DNA of 64,000 bases from a plasmid, in the sequence record NZ_CP040186.1; one strand, written 5' to 3'. The notes beneath the pieces were generated by a model. It saw nothing but the letters and a program-made list of their open reading frames with translations. It was not told the DNA's origin and searched no databases. Both the position numbers and the translations under genes were made by a program. The first letter of the stretch is position 1, and every line of letters begins with the position of its first letter. Below, in pieces: positions 20,651 to 31,605 of the stretch.

Positions 20651-21310
20651 ATGATAACGATGAACGTCATAGTACCCCGTATGCTCTCTGTATTTGATTT
20701 TGACGGTACGTTAACGCGGCATGACAGCTTTATCCCTTTTCTGCGGTTTGCCTTTGGCAATCGGGCTTTTTCCCGTCGTATCGTCACCATGGCTCTTCCC
20801 ACGTTACGCTGTATGGGGAAGAAGATGACACGTGATGAACTGAAAGAAATTCTCATCACAACCTTCCTTACTGGGGTTGACGAGAAATGGCTATCCAAAA
20901 ATGCTGAGAAATTTTGCCAGGTCTACTGGAGTCGGCTTATGCGTCCTGCAGGCCTGATGGCCGTGGCGAATGAAGTGACTTCCGGCGCGGAAGTGACATT
21001 ATGTTCTGCTTCACCAGAAATGGTACTCAGGCCATTTGCCGACAGGCTGGGCATCAAAGTGATAGGCACACAGCTTGAGGTCAAAGAAGGGATACTTACC
21101 GGGCGTATCAGTGGGCATAACTGCCGGTGTAGCCAGAAAATTATCCGGCTGGAAAAAGAGTATGGTCCTCTGAAAGATTATCATCTGCGGGCATGGGGAG
21201 ACACACGAGGGGATTACGAACTCCTGTCAGCTGCAGCTGATCCACACTGGCGGCACTTCCATTCAACCTGGCGTCGGGGAAAAGTACCTTTCGAACTGAC
21301 TATCCGGTAA
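20651..21310 (+). CDS. HAD-superfamily hydrolase, subfamily IB (phosphoserine-phosphatase-like)
   Basis: DFDGTLT motif I at the N-terminus; 219 aa. Convergent with terF. Confidence 0.55.
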   Translation: MITMNVIVPRMLSVFDFDGTLTRHDSFIPFLRFAFGNRAFSRRIVTMALPTLRCMGKKMTRDELKEILITTFLTGVDEKWLSKNAEKFCQVYWSRLMRPAGLMAVANEVTSGAEVTLCSASPEMVLRPFADRLGIKVIGTQLEVKEGILTGRISGHNCRCSQKIIRLEKEYGPLKDYHLRAWGDTRGDYELLSAAADPHWRHFHSTWRRGKVPFELTIR

Positions 21311-21315
21311 ATTAT

Positions 21316-21332
21316 CGCCCCTTTCCGGGGCG
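21316..21332. terminator. Bidirectional stem-loop between the HAD gene and terF
   Basis: CGCCCC-TTTCC-GGGGCG hairpin lying exactly between the two convergent stop codons. Confidence 0.4.
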
Positions 21333-21337
21333 AAGGC

Positions 21338-22579
21338 TCACAGAATACCCGCTATTTTTGCCTGCTCCAGCCAGTCTTTAAACTCTTCCAGCAGTTGCTC
21401 GTACAGTACCTCATCCTTCACCGTTGCGAAGTTATCGATGGCAAAGAAGTTGCTGTTATCGATTCGCCGATCGCTGAAGGTATCCAGTTTTTCGAGAATA
21501 CCGTAATTCGAGCCGCCGAGGCCCACAAATTTCCAGAAAATGGGGTAGTTGGCCGAGCGGCGTATGGCTTCTTTGATTTCACGGGTTTTACTAATCCCAC
21601 CATCCGTAATGCAGACAACATAGACCGGCAGTGTGCTGTCCTTGAAGAAGTCGATCACCTCATTCATAACCGGCGGCTCGTTGTTCGTCCCGCCCAGGCC
21701 CGGAAGAATTTCCCAGGTTGACCGGTTTCCAGTACTCTGGATCCCGGCGATATAACCATCAAGATTGTCCAGGGTGACGTCAGGGTATTTCTTGTGACGC
21801 TCAGCAAAGCCCCATACATCCATCGCGCCGTCATCGTCGAACTGGACTGACAGAACAGCTATACGGTCGAGAACGGACTGCACATGTCCCTTTTTAAACT
21901 GGCCGGTCATAGAGCCTGAGGCATCGAGAACAAAAGCCACTCGGGCTTCAACGGTATCCAGCTTATGCTTGGCAAGAGAAACACTGGCTTTTTTTGCCAG
22001 GCTGATAAGCGCGGGGGCTTTCCCTTCCAGCTTCTTCTCCAGACTGATACGGGAAGCCTCTGACGGGGTATCAGCTGGCTGTGCAACATCAACACCATAG
22101 CTGACAGCGAGCGGCTCCAGTCCGCCGTTAAACCCCTGCCCCTGAGCTCGGAGTTTCCAGCTGTCCTTGTGTCGATAAATCTCGCCCATAATCACCGCTT
22201 TCTCACTGCGGCCATTAAGATCGACATTAAATTCAGCTGTTCCGGTTGCCGTTAGCCTGAGTTGTGACAGTGCGCTGATCGTGTCATTTCCGTCAATCAC
22301 AAGGGTTATCGCGATTTTCTGTATGGTGACAGGAATACGGTCAAGTTCAATATGAACGTTCGCATGCTGGTGGCCGGGAGATAGTCTTACACCACCACCA
22401 ACTGCACTCAGATTGTTATAGAAGATAAAGTCAGCATCGCCGGTAACCTTACCCTCTGCACTCAGCATAAATATGCATATTTCAGGTTCACTACGAAAAC
22501 CGGATGATGCCGGATAGTCAAGCCTGAGGTCCTGAGTCGATGTATGAAGCGGGATATTCTGTCCTGATTGTAATTGCAT
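21338..22579 (-). CDS. terF: Tellurite resistance protein TerF (TerD-domain plus vWA domain)
   Basis: N-terminal TerD-like domain (GEIYRHKDSWKLRAQGQGFNGGL) and a C-terminal vWA domain (VLDASGSM). It is the last gene of the terZABCDEF operon. The Met at 22579 has an RBS. Confidence 0.75.
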   Translation of the reverse strand: MQLQSGQNIPLHTSTQDLRLDYPASSGFRSEPEICIFMLSAEGKVTGDADFIFYNNLSAVGGGVRLSPGHQHANVHIELDRIPVTIQKIAITLVIDGNDTISALSQLRLTATGTAEFNVDLNGRSEKAVIMGEIYRHKDSWKLRAQGQGFNGGLEPLAVSYGVDVAQPADTPSEASRISLEKKLEGKAPALISLAKKASVSLAKHKLDTVEARVAFVLDASGSMTGQFKKGHVQSVLDRIAVLSVQFDDDGAMDVWGFAERHKKYPDVTLDNLDGYIAGIQSTGNRSTWEILPGLGGTNNEPPVMNEVIDFFKDSTLPVYVVCITDGGISKTREIKEAIRRSANYPIFWKFVGLGGSNYGILEKLDTFSDRRIDNSNFFAIDNFATVKDEVLYEQLLEEFKDWLEQAKIAGIL

Positions 22580-22666
22580 CTTTTCTCTCTGTAATGATGA
22601 GCAATACCAGTGTGTCAGCAGATACAAAAAACCCCGGGCAGGCCGGGGTTTCATATGCGCTATTTG

Positions 22667-23242
22667 TCAGATGTTGATGCCGTGCTGTTTAGCCAGCGCA
22701 CCCAGACCGCCAGCAAACCCCTGACCAACGGCTTTGAATTTCCATTCAGTACCGTGGCGATAGAGTTCGCCGAAGATCATCGCGGTCTCTGTTGAGGCGT
22801 CTTCAGACAGGTCAAAACGTGCAATCTCAGCGCCGTTATCGTTGTTCACAACACGCATGTAGCTGTTGCTGACCATACCGAAGTTCTGTTTACGGGCTTC
22901 AGCTTCATGAATAGTGACAGCAAACACCAGTTTTTTGACTTCAGCACCGACTTTAGCCAGCTCGATTTTGACCTGTTCATCATCGCCGTCGCCTTCGCCG
23001 GTACGGTTGTCACCCTGATGCTGGACCGCGCCGTCCGGGCTGGTGGTGTTGTTATAGAAAACGAAATGAGAGTCAGACAATACTTTACCATCGTCACCGA
23101 CCAGAAAAACGGAGGCGTCAAGGTCAAACGCCTGACCATCGGTGACTCGTGCATCCCAGCCAAGGCCTACAAGCGCCACATTCATGGAAGGGGCTTCTTT
23201 GGTCAGAGAAACATTACCGCCTTTTACGAGAGAAACTGCCAT
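22667..23242 (-). CDS. terE: Tellurite resistance protein TerE
   Basis: 191-aa TerD-family protein ([36 protein letters not shown]). Confidence 0.9.
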   Translation of the reverse strand: MAVSLVKGGNVSLTKEAPSMNVALVGLGWDARVTDGQAFDLDASVFLVGDDGKVLSDSHFVFYNNTTSPDGAVQHQGDNRTGEGDGDDEQVKIELAKVGAEVKKLVFAVTIHEAEARKQNFGMVSNSYMRVVNNDNGAEIARFDLSEDASTETAMIFGELYRHGTEWKFKAVGQGFAGGLGALAKQHGINI

Positions 23243-23321
23243 TTTATTGCTCCTGCTAATCGTTGTCGTCCGGGGTGGTTAATCACCCCGGAGTGAAAAA
23301 GAGTGTGAAAAGTTACTTTTA

Positions 23322-23900
23322 TCAGGACGCGTTAATGCCGTACTGCGCACAAACGGAAGCCAGACCACCGGCATAACCCTGTCCGACCGCGCGGAATTTC
23401 CATTCCGCGTTGTGGCGATACAGTTCGCCAAACAGCATGGCGGTTTCGGTAGAGGCATCTTCAGTCAGGTCATAGCGGGCGACTTCTGTCTGATTGTCAT
23501 CATTCACCAGACGGATGAATGCACCGGATACCTGACCGAAGCTTTGACGACGAGCCTGAGCATCGTGAATGGTCACGACGAAAATGATTTTGTCCACATC
23601 AGTCGGGACTGCATCCAGTTTGATTTTCAGTGACTCATCATCGCCATCGCCTTCACCGGTACGGTTGTCACCGGTGTGAGTGACTGAACCGTCGACAGAT
23701 TTCAGGTTGTTATAGAAAATAAAATCGGCGTCGCCACGAACCTTGCCATTTGCGGCCAGCAGGAATGCCGAAGCATCGAGGTCAAAGTCCTGACCATCGG
23801 TAGAGCGGGCATCCCAGCCAAGACCGACGAGAACATTTTTCATTGTCGGGGCTGCTTTGCTCAGTGAAACGTTGCCGCCTTTAGATAGTGAAACACTCAT
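23322..23900 (-). CDS. terD: Tellurite resistance protein TerD
   Basis: 192-aa TerD-family protein with Ca-binding motifs ([13 protein letters not shown]). Confidence 0.9.
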   Translation of the reverse strand: MSVSLSKGGNVSLSKAAPTMKNVLVGLGWDARSTDGQDFDLDASAFLLAANGKVRGDADFIFYNNLKSVDGSVTHTGDNRTGEGDGDDESLKIKLDAVPTDVDKIIFVVTIHDAQARRQSFGQVSGAFIRLVNDDNQTEVARYDLTEDASTETAMLFGELYRHNAEWKFRAVGQGYAGGLASVCAQYGINAS

Positions 23901-23950
23901 CAATTTATCCTCTTTCGTTAATCACATACTTATTATTAAACAGCCGGAGA

Positions 23951-24991
23951 TCAGCTTTCTTTATTTTCCGCTTCCGGTTTTTCAGGGAAGATAACGCTGG
24001 CAAGAATACCGAGCGCCAGCACGCCTAATACGACATACAGGCTGGTGGTTGCGGACAGGCTGTAGCCATGGTGCCAGATATGGTCGGAGGCATTCAGGCC
24101 AAGCTTAAACGCAATAAAGAACAGCAGGACGATAACCGCCTTTTCCAGCTGAGACAGATACTGCTTCAGAGCTTCCAGCACAAAATAGAGGGTACGGAGA
24201 CCAAGGATAGCAAACATCATTGCGCTGTAGACAATCAGTGGCTCACGGCTGACCGCAATGATTGCCGGAACGGAGTCGAAGGCAAACATGACGTCAGAGA
24301 GTTCAACGACCGCGACACACAGCATAAGAGGCGTCGCATACAGGGCGGCTTTTTTTACCCGTCCAATGCTCACATCGTTGTTTTCGGGTTTCGCCAGCTC
24401 GGCATCAACTTCTTTCTGGGTTAACAGGAACGCATGTCCGGACAGTTTCGGCCAGATAGGGAAGAACCGTTTGACCAGGCGATAGGCGAGGTGCTGGGAG
24501 TAGTCCTCAATTTCATCGCCATCATCACCGCTTTTCAGCATCATGACAGCAGTCCAGGCAACGACCACGGCAAAAACCAGTTCGACATAAGGGCCAAGGC
24601 TGAGCAGACCGGTACCAATCGCAACAAAGATCCCCCTGAAGACGATGGCCCCAACGATCCCCCAGTACAGTACACGGTGGCGATAACGGTCTGGCACTGA
24701 GAACCACGAGAAGATGGCCATCATGACGAAGAGGTTATCAACGGACAGGACCTTTTCAAGCGCATAACCCGTGACAAACAGGCTGGCAACTTCTGCTCCG
24801 TGATGGATATAGAGGAAACCGGCAAATGCCATCGCAACGATAACCCAGAAAACGGACCATAAGGCCGCACTCTTAAGGGAAATTGGCTTGTCATGTCGAT
24901 GCATGAACAGGTCAATAAAGATGGCGCCGACCGACAGCGCAATAAAAACAATCACTGTTTCAGTCGGAAAACCGATGTGTGTGGAAACCAT
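23951..24991 (-). CDS. terC: Integral membrane protein TerC
   Basis: 346-aa polytopic membrane protein of the TerC family, between terB and terD. Confidence 0.9.
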   Translation of the reverse strand: MVSTHIGFPTETVIVFIALSVGAIFIDLFMHRHDKPISLKSAALWSVFWVIVAMAFAGFLYIHHGAEVASLFVTGYALEKVLSVDNLFVMMAIFSWFSVPDRYRHRVLYWGIVGAIVFRGIFVAIGTGLLSLGPYVELVFAVVVAWTAVMMLKSGDDGDEIEDYSQHLAYRLVKRFFPIWPKLSGHAFLLTQKEVDAELAKPENNDVSIGRVKKAALYATPLMLCVAVVELSDVMFAFDSVPAIIAVSREPLIVYSAMMFAILGLRTLYFVLEALKQYLSQLEKAVIVLLFFIAFKLGLNASDHIWHHGYSLSATTSLYVVLGVLALGILASVIFPEKPEAENKES

Positions 24992-25014
24992 AGCGTACCC
25001 TTAGCGGATGTTTA

Positions 25015-25470
25015 TCAGAGGCCGAATTCAGTCGGGTCGAAGCCCAATGAACGGGCAATTTCACGAACGGCGTTTTTCTCATCCTCGTCAAAATTACCGT
25101 CGCTTTTTGCAACAGCAATACCGACACGGACTGCCAGCTGAGCCGCTTCAGGCTGGTCTTTCAGCGCGAGGATGTATTTCATCGTCTCACCTTTACCAAT
25201 TTCCAGATCAAAGTCGAAGCTGCTCACCAGTTTGTTGAAGAATTCGATAACCTCAGTCGTTTCAAAAACTTTCAGTTCTTCTGATGCCCGCAGAAAGCCA
25301 ATCATTTTCTGCTTTTCTTCAGCGCTGACGCCGTCACTGGAAACCGCGATACGGGCGCATACTGCGACTGTACCCTGCATAAATTTCTTGTTTTTGTAAC
25401 GTCCAACCTGGCGGGTCAGCTCATCACGGCCTGAGGTCAGTGCCCCTTTTACTTTGTCGAAAAAACTCAT
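25015..25470 (-). CDS. terB: Tellurite resistance protein TerB
   Basis: 151 aa beginning MSFFDKVKGALTSGRDEL, an all-helical TerB fold. Start set at the Met with an RBS rather than the upstream ORF-track start. Confidence 0.9.
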   Translation of the reverse strand: MSFFDKVKGALTSGRDELTRQVGRYKNKKFMQGTVAVCARIAVSSDGVSAEEKQKMIGFLRASEELKVFETTEVIEFFNKLVSSFDFDLEIGKGETMKYILALKDQPEAAQLAVRVGIAVAKSDGNFDEDEKNAVREIARSLGFDPTEFGL

Positions 25471-25492
25471 TTTCCGTTCCTCATCAATTTGG

Positions 25493-26654
25493 TTATTTAG
25501 AACCTTTAGACCAGCGAAACCCCCAGCCAAAGGCCTTGTCCATCTCCTCCTGGCCTCTGAAGAACTGGTTAATCCGTTCTACGCGAATTGACCCGTTGTC
25601 ATTCACCAGACGGGCAATTGCGCACAGAGTACGTTTGTTATCTCCCTCGGTCAGACGGGTTTCAATGGGGGGCTGGTCCGGTATATGGAGCGTCACCACA
25701 CCGTCAGTTTTATCCCAGCTGGGTACGCCCTGGTAGATGAAGGCATAAATCAGAACCTGATTGATTTGCTTCCACTCCCGTCCGTTAATATGCAGCCATT
25801 CGCCATCCATGGCCTCCCCGGTACGATCATCGCCCTGAAGCTGAACATAGGGCTCGTTATGATAGTTGCCAAAGGCATTGCCGAGTGCCTGGATCACGGA
25901 CTTGTGACCATCCTGAAGTTTGACGAACGCGCCCAAATCAAGGTCAATCGCTTTGCTTGAGCCAAACATCCCTCCGAGTAAGCCACCGGAGCCGGAGCCA
26001 CGATGCCAGTTAAGGTTGATGCGGATCTCGCCAAAGTTGTCCTTCTTGGCAAGGCTGATAGCCGGTTTCTCTTTGGTCAACGAGACCTTGCTTAGGCTCA
26101 CCTTATTTGGTGCAGGAGCCGGAGGCGGTGCGACTGGCGGCGGAGAGGCTGGTGCGGCATCATCAGAGACGTTCACCAAAGTGTTCAGCCAGTGGTTTGA
26201 GACCACCATTAAACCCCTGGGCAATAAACCGGAATTTCCATTCAGCATTTCGCCGATAGAATTCGCCGAGGATAAGTGCGGCCTCCTGCCGTCCAGTCAG
26301 TTCAACCTGCCCGCAGATCAGTTGAGAAGCACCACTTTCAACCAGGATAGAAAGATTATTCAGGGTCGAGACGGTATGGCTGCCGTCACAGGTCACCGTA
26401 AAAGCGACTTTCTGTACCTCAGATTTGAGGCGGCTCAGGTCAACGATAAAAGAGCTGTTATTTCCCTCAGGATGATAACTGACAGTGCTGTCGTCGTTAC
26501 GAGGCTGTCCGTAGAAGACCATATCCGCGTCTCCCTGCACTTTTCCGTCAGCAAACAGACGGAACGCGGAGGCATCAACGGGGCCACCTGAAAGGATCCG
26601 CACGCGGAGTTCCTGAGCGGGAACGGGGGCATTTCCCCCTGGTGTCAGGTTCAT
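25493..26654 (-). CDS. terA: TerA (two TerD-like domains), represented by two overlapping ORFs; there is an apparent frameshift near 26163-26248
   Basis: ORF 26163..26654 (163 aa, N-terminal TerD-like domain ending ...AQGFNGGLKPLAEHFGERL*) and ORF 25493..26248 (second domain, ...VNVSDDAAPASPPP linker...) overlap in different frames. They sum to about 386 aa, matching the expected TerA length of about 385 aa. Confidence 0.7.
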
Positions 26655-27241
26655 GCGCTGACCACTGTGTTAATGATGTCAGGGTACATATCATCGATCG
26701 TGCGTCCACTGCTGGCTTTCCCGTGGGCGGTAAAGTCCCAGTTGCCGTTATTACGGCGGAGTGAGGCAATAATAATGCCAGTATGCGCTCCCTGCTCGGT
26801 CAGTTTGTATCGGGCCAGTTCTTTGTTGGTCTGATCCACAACGCGGCAGAAAGCGTTATCAACATCATTAAAAGACTGCCCACGGAAACTGTTGACGGTG
26901 AAAGCCAGATATTCAACCTTTACAGGCAATTGGCCGAGATAGACATTGATGACCTCATCGTCACCGTCTCCCTCACCCGTCAGGTTATCGCCGGTATGTA
27001 CCACGGAGCCACAGGTCGATTTCAGTTTACGAAACCAGATCGTGTCAATTTTATTACCGGCACTGTCCAACAGAACGCAACCCGCGTCCAGATCGATAGA
27101 GTCATTGCCGCCAAAAATGTTGCCAAATAATCCTTTTTTCTTTACCGGATCCCATCCCAGACCGAACTTAAGTTGGCTGAGTGCGGATGATTGTTTGCTG
27201 AGTGATACCGTCTGGTTTTTACTTAAAGAAACCATATTCAT
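26651..27241 (-). CDS. terZ: Tellurite resistance protein TerZ
   Basis: TerD-family protein ([13 protein letters not shown]) and first gene of the operon. A roughly 300-bp AT-rich promoter region lies upstream. Confidence 0.9.
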   Translation of the reverse strand: MNMVSLSKNQTVSLSKQSSALSQLKFGLGWDPVKKKGLFGNIFGGNDSIDLDAGCVLLDSAGNKIDTIWFRKLKSTCGSVVHTGDNLTGEGDGDDEVINVYLGQLPVKVEYLAFTVNSFRGQSFNDVDNAFCRVVDQTNKELARYKLTEQGAHTGIIIASLRRNNGNWDFTAHGKASSGRTIDDMYPDIINTVVSA

Positions 27242-27545
27242 TCCTTAAAAGGTATTGACTGAGACATTGTGAAATTAGTAGTAAAGCAGGCACCATCAAA
27301 ATCATATCATGACAAAGTTCACCTGCAAGACAAAAACGGGTAGGTTTTCATAATTTACTTTAAATTACATTCAGACCTAACGAATTAAATTAGCGTAACC
27401 ATTTGATAGTATTTAAAAACACATAGTTTATCTCAAAATTATAAACAGCCAGAGTTTATCATATTATGATTGACATGGTTCGGAGGTATTCTTAGACTCA
27501 TGTATCAGTAAAACTTTTTCTCTCTTCAGGCAAAAATAATAAAAG

Positions 27546-28604
27546 ATGAAAAAAAAAATTTGGTTTATGGAAGGTTTGTCCTCCCAGCGTGACATTATTC
27601 TCGGTGTGAAATCTTTTGCAGATAAACACAATAAAGATATTCTGGTTTTATCTTCTCACCGGAATGAACGAAATGAGATCCTGTCTGTTTCAGATTCCGC
27701 ATTAATCGAACCCCAAAATGAAGATGACCGTCTTTCTTTTATTCATTCTGTCACAACAAACTATGGGATTAATGTCATTCATACCGGGCGAAACTGTAAA
27801 TGGTTCGAGACCCGCCGGGAGGAAATTGAAAATTCCTCCGTCACTCTGACAACCGGCGCGACCGGGTCCGAATGGTTCGACCTTGCAGATGAAAAAGTAA
27901 CTTTCTCGGAATACATGGCAAAAAATGGACTCCCGGTTGTGCCGTCTGTGCGAATCAACTCTCCCGACGAACTTTGTCATTTGCTCAGCCACTCCCCGTA
28001 TCCTTCTGATCGTCTCTGTATTAAGCCCGTGACCGGTATTTATGGCATGGGATTCTGGCGTTTTGATGACGAGATCTCACCGGTCGCGTTTCTGAATAAC
28101 CCCGATAACCGGGTTATACGTCCGTCGCAGTATCTGGCCGCACATGCCGAAATGGAGACCTTTACACCTCAGGTTCTGATGCCTTATTTACCGGGACCTG
28201 AATACTCAGTGGATATGGTGGTCAATAAGGGGACTGTCCTGGCCGCCGTCGGGCGGCGTAAGGAAGGCGTGCTCCAGTATCTGAAGAATGAAGGGGAAGC
28301 GATTGAACTCGCCATCACCTGCGCCCGCTTAATGAACGCAGACGGCATGGTCAACGTCCAGACCCGGCATAACGCTGAAGGGGCTCCCCTGCTCCTTGAA
28401 ATAAACATGCGCCCGTCAGGAGGAATTGGTTATACGCAGCACAGTGGCGTGAATCTGCCAGGTCTGTATGCCTTCCATAAACTGGGGTTGATGGATGAGG
28501 ATCAGGTCAGACAGTCAGCGAAAACTGATTTTTCACCGGCAGTTGTCCGCTCGGTCACTGACGTTATTCGTTACCCGGCATCATTGACTAACAGAATCAA
28601 TTAA
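27546..28604 (+). CDS. ATP-grasp family enzyme (ter-associated biosynthetic module)
   Basis: 352 aa with an ATP-grasp fold pattern (central K/E-rich motif, ...LLEINMRPSGG...). Divergent from terZ. Confidence 0.65.
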   Translation: MKKKIWFMEGLSSQRDIILGVKSFADKHNKDILVLSSHRNERNEILSVSDSALIEPQNEDDRLSFIHSVTTNYGINVIHTGRNCKWFETRREEIENSSVTLTTGATGSEWFDLADEKVTFSEYMAKNGLPVVPSVRINSPDELCHLLSHSPYPSDRLCIKPVTGIYGMGFWRFDDEISPVAFLNNPDNRVIRPSQYLAAHAEMETFTPQVLMPYLPGPEYSVDMVVNKGTVLAAVGRRKEGVLQYLKNEGEAIELAITCARLMNADGMVNVQTRHNAEGAPLLLEINMRPSGGIGYTQHSGVNLPGLYAFHKLGLMDEDQVRQSAKTDFSPAVVRSVTDVIRYPASLTNRIN

Positions 28605-28615
28605 TGGAGATAAAT

Positions 28616-29758
28616 ATGTCACTAATAGATGGATGTTCCGTTTATCAAAAGACATTATCTTGTGGGCGGATTGAGGTGAGCAGCGAGGTGTCCGATTATC
28701 CTCTTACTGATCTCTTTGATATAGCCGAAAGGCGTAATCCCAAACGCGCATTCTTGTTTGTCAGTAAAGTGCTGGGTCGCCATATTCCTGTCTCGCCTCA
28801 GGTAATGCGAGACGTTTACACAGAGCTGGCGGAGCAGTTCCTTGAGACTCTGGACGGGCCGGTTGTCTTTATCGGGATGGCCGAGACGGCTGTCGGTCTT
28901 GGGGCGGGAGTGTTTGATGAGGTGCGTAAGCATCACCCTGATTGTGTCTATCTGACATCAACCCGCCATCCCGTAGATGGCGAACTGCTGTGTGAGTTTA
29001 AAGAAGAGCACAGCCATGCCACTGACCACCTGATCTACTATCCATCCACACCGGATATGCGGCGCACAGTGGCAGAAGCCCAGACGCTGGTGCTGGTGGA
29101 TGATGAAGCCACGACGGGAAAAACGTTTCTCAATCTTCTGGCCTCATTACGTGCATCGGGTGCACTCAAGCAGGTACAACGGGTTATTGCTGTCACGCTG
29201 ACGGACTGGAGTGGAGAGGCCCTCAGTAAGCACTGCCCCCTGCCTGTTCACGCAGTATCTCTCATCTCGGGCCACTGGCGCTGGACACCCGATCCGGATG
29301 CCCCATTGCCTGTGATGCCGCCGGTCAATGTGACCTCCAGGGGGAACGTTCCGGTTACCGGAAAACAGTCCTGGGGGAGACTCGGGATGCAGATACCGGC
29401 CAGTGATCTGGGCCTTCAGGTTAAGGTTTCGCACGGAGAAAACATTCTGGTGCTGGGCACTGGCGAATTCGTCTGGGAACCGTTCCTGCTGGCAGAACGG
29501 CTGGAAGTTGCAGGCGCTCAGGTCCTTTACAGTTCCACTACCCGATCACCGATTTCAACTGGCTTTGCTATCCAGTCCGCTATTGCCTTCAGTGATAACT
29601 ACGGCCTGGGGATCCCGAATTTTGTCTACAACGTCGCCCACCAGCAGTTTGACCGTATCCTGCTTTGTACCGAAACCCCGGCGTCGAGTGTGGATCCCCA
29701 CCTGCTTGAAGCGCTTTCAGCTGTTGCTCCTGATGTAGAGGTGATTACCTATGAATAA
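28616..29758 (+). CDS. Phosphoribosyltransferase (PRTase type I)-like protein
   Basis: PRPP-binding signature VLVDDEATTGKT. The ATG at 28616 has a GGAG RBS; the track start is 28604. Confidence 0.65.
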   Translation: MSLIDGCSVYQKTLSCGRIEVSSEVSDYPLTDLFDIAERRNPKRAFLFVSKVLGRHIPVSPQVMRDVYTELAEQFLETLDGPVVFIGMAETAVGLGAGVFDEVRKHHPDCVYLTSTRHPVDGELLCEFKEEHSHATDHLIYYPSTPDMRRTVAEAQTLVLVDDEATTGKTFLNLLASLRASGALKQVQRVIAVTLTDWSGEALSKHCPLPVHAVSLISGHWRWTPDPDAPLPVMPPVNVTSRGNVPVTGKQSWGRLGMQIPASDLGLQVKVSHGENILVLGTGEFVWEPFLLAERLEVAGAQVLYSSTTRSPISTGFAIQSAIAFSDNYGLGIPNFVYNVAHQQFDRILLCTETPASSVDPHLLEALSAVAPDVEVITYE

Positions 29759-30524
29759 GCCTGTCGTATTCAGCGATCTTGATGACACCCTGTTCCAGAC
29801 TCGCCGAAAAATGGTGGATGAACTTGCCCTTGAGCCGTTCCGGACCGGCGCACTGGATCGCAGCCTCACCCCACGCAGCTTTATGACCGAAGAACAGGCT
29901 ATGCTGGTGGACTGGTTGCTGGAGCAGGCGGACCTCATCCCGGTGACGGCCAGAGGCACGGAAGAAATCAGCCGGGTGCAGATCCCCTTCCGTTCCTGGG
30001 CAGTGACGACTCATGGCGCGGTGATCCTTCGCCCGGATGGCACGCCAGACAGCGACTGGAAAGCCCATATGCTAAAGAGTCTGTCCTCCTACGCCGACCG
30101 CTTAACGTCGATGCAACATATTATCACTGAACTGATGGATGCCAGGGGAATCAATGCCTGGGCCCGGCTCAACTACGAATATGATGGCACGCCGGTGTAT
30201 CTGGTCATGAAGCACTGCGACAGCACGAAGCTTGATGAACTGAACGCCATCGGGGATGAGATCGAGCGTGTCTTTTCGACCGAAGGGTTTTACATCCACC
30301 GCAACAGCAACAACATTGCCTGGTTACCCTGTCCGGTAGAAAAAGGACTGGCCGTTTCCTGGTTGCTGGAGAAACTCCGTCAGGAACGCGGGGTTTTCCC
30401 GGTGATGGGGCTGGGTGACAGCCTGAGCGACCATCGGTTCATGAAACTGTGCAGCTGGTTTGGTCTCCCACGCCAGAGTCAGTTTGCTGAGGCTATTTCA
30501 CAGCATATTTTTGGAGAGCAATAA
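29751..30524 (+). CDS. HAD-superfamily hydrolase (Cof/sucrose-phosphatase-like)
   Basis: N-terminal motif FSDLDDTLF and a C-terminal GLGDSLSD motif. Overlaps its neighbours. Confidence 0.65.
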   Translation: MNKPVVFSDLDDTLFQTRRKMVDELALEPFRTGALDRSLTPRSFMTEEQAMLVDWLLEQADLIPVTARGTEEISRVQIPFRSWAVTTHGAVILRPDGTPDSDWKAHMLKSLSSYADRLTSMQHIITELMDARGINAWARLNYEYDGTPVYLVMKHCDSTKLDELNAIGDEIERVFSTEGFYIHRNSNNIAWLPCPVEKGLAVSWLLEKLRQERGVFPVMGLGDSLSDHRFMKLCSWFGLPRQSQFAEAISQHIFGEQ

Positions 30525-30525
30525 C

Positions 30526-31605
30526 ATGTCTCATATCACGTCGTTTTCTGGTTCGTATCATCCGGAAGATGTTCAGTTTTTGCTAAAGCCCATTGCTATG
30601 GAGATGACGCCGGTTGATCTGAAGGAAGAACTGATTCAGTCAGGAAAAATGCATTATTCCGACATGTTAAGTCAGGAGCCAGAGCCTACCCGATGGCATC
30701 TGGACCTTTTTACCCGAGCCCTGGACTCGGGAGCAGCACGGCTGGCACTGGAGGTATCTCAGCTTGCACGTGAACTGTCTTTACGCGCCGGTGATGAACC
30801 CGTGGTCCTGGTCAGTCTGGTCAGAGCCGGTGTCCCCCTTGGAGTGATGCTCCACCAGGCACTGCAGGTAATGGGAAAACGGTCTTACCATTACGGGGTC
30901 AGCATTATCCGCGATCGGGGTATTGACGTTGCAGCACTCGACTACATCGAATCACGTCATGGCACCAAGGGCATTGTGTTTGTCGACGGCTGGACGGGAA
31001 AAGGAGCCATTACCGGCGAATTGTCCCGCACACTGAAGGATCGCCCCGGTTATCCGGAACAGCCTCGCCTTGTTGTGCTGGCAGACCCCTGCGGATGTGC
31101 CTGGCTTGCCGCCAGTGATGATGACTGGTTGATCCCGTTTGGTATCATGGGCGCACCTGTATCAGGTCTGATTTCGCGTTCTGTCTGGGCCGAAGATGGC
31201 CTGCATGGCTGTGTGGTCTGCGATCACCTTCAGTCTTTTGAATGCAGTCAGATGCTGGTGAATACGGTAGCACATTTCCGCGAACAACTTGACGGGAGAG
31301 ACCTTCCCGCTTCCGGTTGGGATGCGGAGCACAATGCCGCACGCTGGAAGCTGAGCCGGGACGTCATCGGAGGGTTGGCAGTACGCTATAAGGTGGACAG
31401 TATTAACCGGATTAAACCGGGCATTGCTGAAGCGACACGGGCAGTTCTGCGCCGTGTGCCCGATCATGTGTTTGTCCGGCAGATGGCTGACCCGGATGTC
31501 GCTCTTCTGGTCGGTCTGGCAAAAGAGAAAGGGATCACAGTGACGGAAGCCGGTGAGGCTCTCGGCCAGTATCGTGCAGTTACCATCATCAAAAAGGTAC
31601 GCTGA
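30526..31605 (+). CDS. Second phosphoribosyltransferase-like protein
   Basis: Starts at MSHITSFSGSY, with ATG at 30526. PRTase-like loop IVFVDGWTGKGAITGEL. Confidence 0.55.
   Translation: MSHITSFSGSYHPEDVQFLLKPIAMEMTPVDLKEELIQSGKMHYSDMLSQEPEPTRWHLDLFTRALDSGAARLALEVSQLARELSLRAGDEPVVLVSLVRAGVPLGVMLHQALQVMGKRSYHYGVSIIRDRGIDVAALDYIESRHGTKGIVFVDGWTGKGAITGELSRTLKDRPGYPEQPRLVVLADPCGCAWLAASDDDWLIPFGIMGAPVSGLISRSVWAEDGLHGCVVCDHLQSFECSQMLVNTVAHFREQLDGRDLPASGWDAEHNAARWKLSRDVIGGLAVRYKVDSINRIKPGIAEATRAVLRRVPDHVFVRQMADPDVALLVGLAKEKGITVTEAGEALGQYRAVTIIKKVR

Noticed and set aside
24068-24700. Plus-strand ORFs of 75 to 118 aa within terC
   Set aside because: They are antisense to a conserved membrane-protein gene and are shadow ORFs.
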